The notes beneath the pieces are model-generated. The model was not told where the DNA came from, did no database searches, and saw only the letters and a program-made list of their open reading frames with translations. From Felis catus (Eukaryota), in NCBI RefSeq assembly GCF_018350175.1, contig NC_058383.1, positions 16,246,001 through 16,310,000 on the forward strand: 64,000 nt of DNA. Reading direction: 5' to 3'. Below, in pieces: positions 26,701 to 38,392 of the stretch (within the stretch, counting starts at the first letter, position 1; the number at the start of each line of letters is the position of its first letter). Both the position numbers and the translations under genes were made by a program.

Positions 26701-29700
26701 CAGAGCCGGATGTGGGGCTCGAACTCACAGACCGCGAGATCATGACCTGAGCCTAAGTCGGACACTCAACTGACTGAGCCACCCAGGTGCCCCAAAAAAA
26801 GACTTTTTAGAAATAACACAGGACTGATGGAAATCAGGGGTGGGGAAACATGGATTATGTAAAATTACTGGAAACGGGATTCCTTTTTGTCACATGACAT
26901 GAGCAGGAAGTAAACAACCCCAATTTGGAGCCAGTGTAGAAGAAGAAAATCTACACAGATGACCCAGGTGGGATCCAGGAAGGGGCTGGGGGCCTGATAA
27001 TGGGACCTAGGTTTTTTACCAACACAAAGTCATATCCTCTTTGTTGGGAGCTCCAAAGCAGCCCTTGGAAGCCCTGGCCTTACATGAATGAAAGTTGTAA
27101 GGCAGGTAGTACTTTTACTCAGATGGGCCAGGCAGAACCTTAGCATTGGGGCCTCTAAAAACCAGGCAGGAGTTAAGTCTTTATTACCAGAAACAGGGAG
27201 CTACTGTAAGTTTCAGAGAGAAGGAAAAAACATGATGAAGGAGAAAGCAGAACTCAGGTAGATCAATTTGACAAACTTCTGAGTAATGGATCGGGTGTGG
27301 GATAAGGTACAGGTATAACTTTGAGGCCAGGAAGGCAGTCAGCACGGAGGCTACTTAGAAATAGGGCTCAACAAGAGAGAGGGAGATGGGAAAGGAAATG
27401 AAATAGAACCAAAATGCAGGTCAAATGAAGAACACAGTTCTTAGCAACCAATAGCAAAGAACTAAGGAAAAGGTTAAATAAAACTATGGTGACTGACACA
27501 TGTTGGAAGTGGGAAGGAAGAGCCAGGTAATTCTATATGTTGAGTATGAAGGAAGAGGAAGACACCCAAATAGAAATATGAATACAAAGGAGATGAAAAT
27601 CTGAGACAAGAGATGAAATGATACAAACAGGACAGGGAAGATAATCCAGGGAAACATTAGCATAGATAAGAAATTCCATTTTATGAGAAAAGATTTAGAA
27701 ATAAACATCTGCTTTATTTTAGGAACTTTTTTTTAGTAAAGAGAACTATGCTGAGGTGATTAAGAAACTATGCTAATATTATATTTCATGAATCACCTCC
27801 CAAAATAAAGTAACAAAAGGTTTTTGTATCTGAAAATTATGCTGATTCTGGTGACAAAATCATTTTCTTTCTCATGAAAGTAGCAGATATAAAAGGTAAA
27901 AATATGCTTTTTAATTATACTTGCTCACAATTGATCATTAAAATACAATTTGTTGGCTTAAGAACAAATGCACTTAATTCTCTCTTTAGTCTTAAAGTTT
28001 ACAAATTCTGTAAGAGCATATGCATTTCATATCACGTGAGAATCTGCTGAAGGAACTTGAATCCTGGTGAGTGGAAGACTTGAGAAGAAATGGCAGATAT
28101 ATTCAAATACATCCAGGACTTTCATGTGGCAGTTTTACTTAGAAGTAAAACTGGAAACAATAGAGATCACAGGGACATGAGTTCTGATTCCTAACATTCA
28201 AAGCTTCCACAGATGGAATGCAATTAAACACAGGCAATCAGGAAGGTCTGCAGAAAGGACTCAAGCATGGACGAGTAGATGGACTGGATAGCCTTACAAG
28301 GTTCCTTCCAACCTTAAGAGTCTAGAACATTCTAACATCTGAGAGCTTACGTGATGAGTTAGTCATGGAGTCCTTAAAATCAAAATGCCCTTGGCAATCC
28401 CACGCAGAGCTCAACTTACGAGCCTCTGATCATTCAGCTTCAAGAAGAGGGATCAAAGATCTCACTCTGCTATCAAGTGTTAGCTGAACCAACAAATATT
28501 AAAATTGTTATTTTTCCCCAAGTAAAGGATAGTTTGGTATACACACCAAATTTTGTTGTATGCTTCTAGGCATTCCGGTTTAACATTGTGAACTGAAACA
28601 AAAGAAAATTCAACGATAAACTTATGAACAAAGGGAAAAAAGTCAACTATGAAGGTAGCAAACCCATCACTCACACTGTAATTTGTATAGACTGCTTGTT
28701 TCCTTTTTGGCTAGGAGATTAGAGTGAGCATCTTTTCTTGGATCAACTTTCCGGACAAATAAGGATTTTAACCAGCTGTCTTCTCGAGGTCTACTATTGG
28801 AGGACGTAAATCTCCTAGGGAATAACAAATATAAAAATTTTAGTCTCATCAGTGGTACAAAGACTTCAGTGTTTTCAGGTAATGTCACATACTACATTAT
28901 TTTTATAAAATCAATCCATCCAGCAAACATGCCTTGAGTACCTATTCTAGGCACTGTTACAGAACCTGGAATACCACAAAACATTCACTCTCAATTATAA
29001 TAGCATGCAATCTAAACAACAGGAGCAAAGTGTAAAAGATGTAACTTGTGGTTCTCTTAAGAGAGCTCTTTTTTTTAAGTTGTAAGTATAGTTGACAAAC
29101 AATGTTGCATTAGTTTCAGGTGTACAGCATAGTGATTTGACAATTCTATACATTACTCAGTGCTCACCATGTTAAGTATAGTCACCATCTGTCACTATAC
29201 AATGTTATGACAATATTATTGACTATACTTCCTATGGTGTACTTTCCATCTCTGTGATTTATTTATTTTATAACTGGAAGTGTGTACCTCTTAATCCCCA
29301 CCCCCCACCTCCCTGCTGGCAACCACCAGTTTGTTCTCCGTATTTAGTAGGAGTCAGTTTGGGGAGACTGAGTGGCTCAGTCGGTTAAGTGTCTGACTTC
29401 GGCTCAGGTCATGATCTCATGGTTTGTGGGTTCAAGCCCCGTACTGGGCTCTGTGCTGACAGCTCAGAGCCTGGAGCCTGCTTTGTACTCTGTGCCTCCT
29501 TCTCTCTTCTGCCCCTCCCCTGATCATGCTTTGTCTCTGCCTCTCAAAAATAAATGTTAAAAAAAAATTAAAAAAAACAACTGTTAGTTTGGGGAGCCTG
29601 GGAGCTTTGGTTGGAGGAGCGTGTGACTCTTGATCTCAGGGTTGTGGGCTCAAGCCCCACATTGGGTGTAGAGATTACTTAAATCAATGAAATTAAAAAA

Positions 29701-32700
29701 AAAAAGTTTGTTTCTTCATTCATTTGTTTGTTTTTCAGATTCCACCTGTGAGTGAAATTTGTCTTTCTCTGACTTATTTCACTTAGCACAACTCTCCAGG
29801 TCCACCCATGTTGTCGCAAATGGTAAGATTGCATTCATTTTTTTAAATGTTTATTTATTTTTGAATTTTTTTTTCAACGTTTATTTATTTTTGGGACAGA
29901 GAGAGGCAGAGCATGAACGGGGGAGGGGCAGAGAGAGAGGGAGACACAGAATCGGAAACAGGCTCCAGGCTCTGAGCCATCAGCCCAGAGCCCAACGCGG
30001 GGCTCCAACTCACGGACCGCAAGATGGTGACCTGGCTGAAGTCGGATGCTTAACTGACTGCGCCACCCAGGCGCCCCTGTTTGTTTGTTTGTTTATTTAT
30101 TTATTTATTTTTAATTTTTTTTTTCAACGTTTATTTATTTTTGGGACAGAGAAAGACAGAGCATGAACGGGGGAGGGGCAGAGAGAGGGAGACACAGAAT
30201 CGGAAACAGGCTCCAGGCTCTGAGCCATCAGCCCAGAGCCCGATGCGGGGCTCGAACTCACGGACCGCGAGATCGTGACCTGGCTGAAGTCGGACGTTTA
30301 ACCGACTGCGCCACCCAGGCGCCCCTGTTTATTTATTTTTGAAAGAGAAAGAGAGAGAGCGAGCATGAGCAGGGGAGTGGCAGAGAAAGAGAGAGAGAGG
30401 GAGAGAGAGAGACAGAGACAGAGACAGAGAATCCAAAGCAGGCTCCGAGCTGTCAGTGCAGAGCCTGATGTGGGGCTTGAACCCACAAACTGTGAGATCA
30501 TGACCTGAGCCAAAGTCAGATGCTTAACCCCCTGAGGCACCCAAGCACTCATGATCTCATTCGTTTTTATGGCTGAGTAATATTCCATTATATATATATG
30601 CACACACACACACACACACACACACATCTTCTTTCCATTCATCTGTTGATAAACATTTGGGTTGCTTCCGTATCTTGGTTATGGTAAATAATGCTGCAAT
30701 AAACATATGGATGCATATATCTTTTTAAATTAGTATTTTATTTTCTTTGGGTAAATACCCAGTAGTGGAATTACTGGATCATATGGTATTTCTTTTCTTT
30801 TTCCCTATATTCTTTATGCTGTACCTTTCATCCTTGTGACTTGAGTAAGTCCATAACTGGAAACCTTGTACCTCCTATTTCCCTTGGCATTTCTATTTTT
30901 AATTTTTTTGAGGAACTCCATACTATTTTCCACAATGGCTGCACCAATTTGCATTCCCACTAACACGCATGAGGGTTCCCTTTTCTCCACATCCTCGCCA
31001 ACACTTGTCATTTTTTTATCTTTTTGGTTCTAGCCATTCTGACAGGTGTGAGGTGATATCTTATTGTGGTTTTGATTTGCATTTCCCTAACGATAGTGAC
31101 GTTGAGCATCTTTTCACAGAGTTCATACGCTTATCTTTGTTATTTCTGCTATGTGTTTTTCCCTCCTCCAAAGCAATTTCTGACATAGAAAAAATATACA
31201 TGGTAACCTAAAGTAGTCAAGTTCACAGAGAAAGAAAGTAGTATAGTGGTTGCTAGGGGCTGAGATGAGAGGAGAATGCAAAGTTATTGTTTAATGGGCA
31301 CAGAGTTTGAAAGATGAAAAAGTTCTGGAGATGGATGGTGGTAATGGTTGCACAACACAGTGTGAATTGACTTAATGCTACTACTAAACTGTACACTTCC
31401 ATATGATTAAAGTGGCAAGTTTTATATTATATATACTTTACCACAATACATAAGCAGGAAATATACAGGGAAAATGAAGTAAGTTCTCTCTTTAAAAAAA
31501 TTATTTTACCTCTAAATGAAACTTAGAATCAAGTTTAACTCTCACTAAAGCCTAAGAATACAAATTTAATTGACACATAATTTGCTAATTATAATCTATA
31601 ACCGAATTTCTACTAAACATGCTGTCAGAAAGGATAAATTTGACTGAGGTCACAAACTATACTTTAACCATGAACTTTTAAGTGCATGTTTAACTCCCAA
31701 ATGCTTGCTAGTGGGATTACAAATCTCCCTAGAGGGCAGTGTAGCATCATCATCTATATCAAAATTAATCTGTGTAGGCCTTTCAGCCCAGTAATTGTAC
31801 TAGTTGCTATGTCCTACAGACAGCTATATTTAGACAAGTGCACCACATTGAATGCACAAGAATATTTATTAGCGCCTTGTTTCTAGTTTTTCCCTGGTAT
31901 AGGCAACTTAGATATCCATTAACAGGGACTGGTTAGATAAATTTGGAATATCCCAAATCAGAATAGAACGCAATCGTTAAGAAGAATGAAGTAGATCTAC
32001 ATGCACTGATATATTGAAATTTCTGGAATAAATTATGCAGAAAAAGCACGTACAGAGCAGTACCATAAATACACACACAAAATGAACTGTTAATAGTGGT
32101 AATGTCTGGGGAATGTGACTGGGCATGGGGTGGGAGTAAAATTTTCCATTTCATTGTATAACCTTCTGGACTATTTGAGAATTTTCCATATACATATAAT
32201 TATTTTTATACTTAAAAATATCTAAAAGTGCATGTTTAAGAGTCTTTTATAGGAAAGGTATATAGGTGTATATAACCTGAAAACATGATTTAAAAAATTT
32301 GAGCCTGGTTGAATAAAATACCTAAGAATAAACTTAACTAAGGAGGTGAAAGACCTGCACTTGAAAACTAGAAGACACTGATGAAACAAACTGAATATAA
32401 CACAAATAAATAGAAAGACAGTCCATGCTCATGGACTGTAAAAATCAATAGTATTAAAATGTCCATACTACCCAAACCAATCTACAGATTAAGTACAATC
32501 CCTATCAAAATACCAATGGCATTTTTTCACAGAACCAGAACAAATAATCCTAAAATTTGTAAGGAACCAAAAGGACCCTGAATAGCCAAAGCAATCTTGA
32601 GAAAGAAGAACAAAGCTGTAGGTATCATGCTCCTGGTTTTCAAACTGTCCTACAAAGCTATAGTAAAAAAAGAGAGTCCACTACTGGCATAAAAGCACAT

Positions 32701-35700
32701 AGGTCAATGGAATAGAATAGAGAGGCCAGAAATAAACCCATGCTTATATGATCAATGAATCTATGACAAAGGAGACAAGAATATACAACAGGGAAAGGAT
32801 AGTGTCTTCAACAAATGGTCCTGGGGAAACTGGACAGCTACAGCAAAAGAATGACACTGGACCACTTTCTTACACCATATACAAGAATAAACTCAAAATG
32901 AGTTAAAGATCTAAATGTAAGATCTGAAACCATAAAACTCCTAAAAGAAAACATAGGCAGTAAACTCTTGGACATCAGTCTTACCAATTTTTTTGGATCT
33001 GTCTCTTTGGCAAGGGAAACAAAAGCAAAAATAAGAAAGTGGGACTACATAAACTAAAAAGCTTTTTCACAGGAGAGGAAACCATCAACAAAATGAAAAG
33101 GCAACCTACTGAATGGGAGAAGATATTCACAAATGATCTATATGATAAAGGGTTAATATACAAACTACATAAAGAATTCCTAAAACATCAAAAAAAAAAA
33201 AAAAACCACAAAAACAAAACAAAACCCACAATCTGATTAAAAAATGGGCAGAGGACCTCAATAGACGTTTTTCCAAAGAAGACATTCAGATGGCCAACAG
33301 ACACATGAAAAGATGCTCAATATCACAAATTATCAGGGAACTGTATATCAAAACCACAATGAGATATCACCTCATACCAGTCAGAATGGCTAGTTTGGTG
33401 AGGATGTGGAGAACAGGGAATCCTTGTGCACTGTTGGTGGGAATGCAAATTAGTGCGGCCACCATGGAAAAGTGTAGAGGTTCCTCAAAAAATTAAAAAT
33501 ATAAATACCATACAATTTAGCAATCCCACTTCATTTATCCAAAGAAAATGAAAACATTAATGTGAAAAGATATATGAACCCCTATGTTCACTGCAGCATT
33601 ATTTACAACAGCAAAGACATGGAAGCAACCTAAGTCCATTGGTAGAAAAACAGATAAAGAAGATGTGGTGTACATATGCATATACAACATGTGTTGTATA
33701 CATATATAACTATGTGTTATATTATACATATATGACACACTCGCACAGATGCTCAGGAATATTATTCAGCCATAAAAAAGAATAAAATCTTACCACTTGT
33801 GACAACACTGATGGACCAAGAGGGTATTATGCTAAGTGAAATAAGTCAGAGAAAGACAAATAACATACAATTTCACTTATATGTGGAATCTAAAACACAA
33901 ATTAACAAAGAACACAGAAAACATACTCATAAATACAGTATACAAACTGGTAGTTGCGGGAGTTGGGGGGAAAGGGTGAAATAGGTGAAGGGGATTAAGA
34001 GGTACAAAGTTCCATTAACAAAATAAACAAGAAGGTATAAAATACAGCATAGGGAATGTAGTCATAATACTGTAATAACTTTGTATGGTGAGAGATGGTA
34101 ACTAGACTTAGGGTGATTTCATAATGTATATAAATGTTGAATCACTAAGTTATATGTGAAACTCGTATAATATTGTATGTCAACTACACTTCAATTAAAA
34201 AAAATTAGAACCTGGATGAGACTTATCCTCTTCCTAATCTCACAAAACCCAATCAATGACAAGCTGTGTGCTTTTATCTTCTTCATTTTGATTCAAATTT
34301 CCATACAGTGAAATTTACTTTTTTGGCATAGTTCTACAGGGGTTTGGCAAATGCATAAAGTCATGTAACTACCACCATATGAAACAGTTCCTTCACTCCC
34401 TTAAACTCCCTTTTAAAAAAAATTGAAATATGTGATATACATTGTTACATTAGTTTCAAGTGTAAAACATAGTGATTCAACAAGTCTATATGTCACTCTA
34501 TGCTCACAAGTGTAGCCACCACCAAGTACCATATAAGGCTATTATAATACCATTGACTATATTCCCTATGCAGTATCTAATATATTAGTGGCTTATTCAT
34601 TCCATACCTGGAAGTCTGTTATCTCCCACTCCTTTTGTAATCAACCCTTCTCCCCAGTTCCAACTGCTAACAACCATTCCTCTGTTCTATATCCCTATAG
34701 TTTGGCCTTTTCCAAAATGTCTTATTTATGGAGTGATACAGAATATAGCCTTTTGAGTCCAGTCCCATTCTTCTTGCACACTCCCTTTTACAACTGATGA
34801 CCATCATCTCTGGCCAGGGTTATTATGGCATACTCCTTATAATTCTGATCTTTAACTGATCTGCACATAAGTGCTCTTTTCTGCCCTTTGCTAGATCATG
34901 CTAGGAGCAATAATGTATTGGGAATCCAAATGGCTACTATAAATGCTTAGGATCTTATCTAATGCTTCAAAGCAAGGTCAAGATGTTGACAGGTTGGTGT
35001 GAGGCTTTTCTGGGAGATTTCTATGGAAACACTACATGATTTTCTACGGACTATTTTCAATTTGCTTATCAGGCCTGCTTAAGAACACGGACACCACAAA
35101 GCAAGTGTAGGAAAAGAGAGCGACCTCAGGTGTTAAGGAAGAGGACTTGGAATTTAAATAAGAGGTAAGAAAAACTCTCAGATGAAAATTCCCCATTGCT
35201 TCATGAGTTGAACTTGAATATTCTATATAACAATAATACAAATTCCTATTTTTTTTAAAGATTTTATTTTTAAGTAATCTCTAAACCTAATGTGGGGCTC
35301 GAACTCACAACCCTGAGATCAAGAGTCCTATGCTCTTTCTACTGAGCCAGCCAGGTGCCCTTAAATTACTATTCTTATTCAACTATGGTGCTTTAGAAAT
35401 AATACTACTCTAAATCTCAAATGTTTATTAGCAACCTTTTTCTTTTTTTGCTTAAAAAATCAACAACCATGGCACAAAAACAGACACATAGACCAATGGA
35501 ATAGAATAGAAACCCCAGAACTAGACCCACAAACGTATGGCCAACTCATCTTTGACAAAGCAGGAAAGAACATCCAATGGAAAAAAGACAGCCTCTTTAA
35601 CAAATGGTGCTGGGAGAACTGGACAGCAACATGCAGAAGGTTGAAACTAGACCACTTTCTCACACCATTCACAAAAATAAACTCAAAATGGATAAAGGAC

Positions 35701-37020
35701 CTAAATGTGAGACAGGAAACCATCAAAACCTTAGAGGAGAAAGCAGGAAAAGACCTCTCTGACCGCAGCCGTAGCAATCTCTTACTCGACACATCCCCAA
35801 AGGCAAGGGAATTAAAAGCAAAAGTGAATTACTGGGACCTTATGAAGATAAAAAGCTTCTGCACAGCAAAGGAAACAACCAACAAAACTAAAAGGCAACC
35901 AACGGAATGGGAAAAGATATTCGCAAATGACATATCGGACAAAGGGCTAGTATCCAAAATCTATAAAGAGCTCACCAAACTCCACACCCGAAAAACAAAT
36001 AACCCAGTGAAGAAATGGGCAGAAAACATGAATAGACACTTCTCTAAAGAAGACATCTGGATGGCCAACAGGCACATGAAAAGATGTTCAGCGTCGCTCC
36101 TTATCAGGGAAATACAAATCAAAACCACACTCAGGTATCACCTCACGCCAGTCAGAGTGGCCAAAATGAACAAATCAGGAGACCATAGATGCTGGAGAGG
36201 ATGTGGAGAAACGGGAACCCTCTTGCCCTGTTGGTGGGAATGCAAATTGGTGCAGCCGCTCTGGAAAGCAGTGTGGAGGTTCCTCAGAAAATTAAAAATA
36301 GACCTACCCTATGACCCAGCAATAGCACTGCTAGGAATTTATCCAAGGGATACAGGAGTACTGATGCATAGGGCCACTTGTACCCCAATGTTCATAGCAG
36401 CACTCTCAACAATAGCCAAATTATGGAAAGAGCCTAAATGTCCATCAACTGATGAATGGATAAAGAAATTGTGGTTTATATACACAATGGAGTACTACGT
36501 GGCAATGAGAAAAAATGAAATATGGCCTTTTGTAGCAACGTGGATGGAACTGGAGAGTGTGATGCTAAGTGAAATAAGTCATACAGAGAAAGACAGATAC
36601 CATATGGTTTCACTCTTATGTGGACCCTGAGAAAGTAACAGGAACCCATGGGGGAGGGGAAGGAAAAAAAAAACAGGTTAGAGTGGGAGAGAGCCAAAGC
36701 ATAAGAGACTCTTAAAAACTGAGAACAAACTGAGGGTTGATGGGGGGTGGGAGGGAGGAGAGGGTGGGTGATGGGTATTGAGGAGGGCACCTTTTGGGAT
36801 GAGCACTGGGTGTTGTATGGAAACCAATTTGTCAATAAATTTCATATTAAAAAAAAAATTATAAGTAAAAATACCATATGATCCGGTAATTCTACTACTG
36901 GGTATTTACCCAGAAAAAGCAAAACACCAATTGGAAAAGACATATGGACACCTATGTTTATTTGCAGCGGCCAACATATGGAAGGAACCTAAGTGTCTAT
37001 CGACAGATGAATGGATGAAG

Positions 37021-37064
<44 letters not shown>

Positions 37065-38353
37065 ACACAATGGAATGTCATTCAACAATAAAAATGAATG
37101 AGACCTTGAAAAAAAAAAAAAAATCAACAACCGGGGCACCTGGGTGGCACAGTCGGTTGAGCGTCCGGCTTCGGCTCAGGTCATGATCTCACGGTTCGTG
37201 AGTTTGAGTCCCGCGTTGGGCTCTGGGCTGACAGCTCTGAGCCTGGAGCCTGCTTCCTATTCTATGTCTCCCTCGCTCTCTGCTCCTCCCCTGCTCACAT
37301 GCTGTCTCTCTCTCAAAAATAAATAAAGATTAAAATAATAATAATAATAAAAAGAGTATGTGGCTTTAAAAAAAATCAACAACCATTACACAGCAATTTT
37401 CTTTCCATAAAATGTTTTTAATTTAAAAACACTGTATATTAGCTAAAAACCAGGTAAAAACAAATAGCTAAAAACCAAATAAAAAGACTCCTGAATGATC
37501 TAAGCTTACAAATATGCAAATATTACACAAATATTAACAATACATTTTCTATAATGATCAAGAAATATAAAAGTACTTTTTCAATCCTTCAAAGATTAAA
37601 AAGCAGCAAACTCGGGGCGCCCGGGTGGCGCAGTCGGTTAAGTGTCCGACTTCAGCCAGGTCACGATCTCGCGGTCCGTGAGTTCGAGCCCCGCGTCGGG
37701 CTCTGGGCTGATGGCTCTGGGCTGATGGCTCAGAGCCTGGAGCCTGTTTCCGATTCTGTGTCTCCCTCTCTCTCTGCCCCTCCCCCGTTCATGCTCTGTC
37801 TCTCTCTGTCCCAAAAATAAATAAACGTTGAAAAAAAAATTAAAAAAAAAAGCAGCAAACTCATATTTAACAGGTAAAATAAATTTATACTAGTACTGTA
37901 CATGTAATTTTTCTTATAAGTGCATAGGACAAAAATATAGTTTAAATGGCATTAAATAGTTTAAATGGCATTTGTGAAAACAAGTTGGAATTTCTCCCAC
38001 ATTTCTTTTACTGTATGTTAAAATGTCCTAGAATTAATAAGTATTGATGGTGGTATCTCTCAGGGAGGGAAGAGTTAAGGTAGAAGAGACACAGCTTTAC
38101 TCATGTAACACCTGTATTGTGTTTTTCACATGTGTGTATTTTATAATTATTATTTAAGTACGGTTGACACACAATGTTACACTAGTTTCAGCTATACAAC
38201 CTAGTGATTTGACAAATGTATACATTATGCTATTTTCACCAAGTGTAGCTACCATCTGTCCTGTTACAATGCAGTTGCAGTATCACTGACTATATTCCTT
38301 ATGCTGTGCTTTTACTTTTACGTGTGTGTGTATGTATATATATAAATGTTTAT

Positions 38354-38392
<39 letters not shown>

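Noticed and set aside
35641..36630. 329-aa ORF as a host gene or active L1
   Set aside because: It is the ORF2 C-terminus of a 5'-truncated L1 lacking promoter, ORF1, endonuclease and RT core; the CCHC His also reads Pro (TLLPCW).
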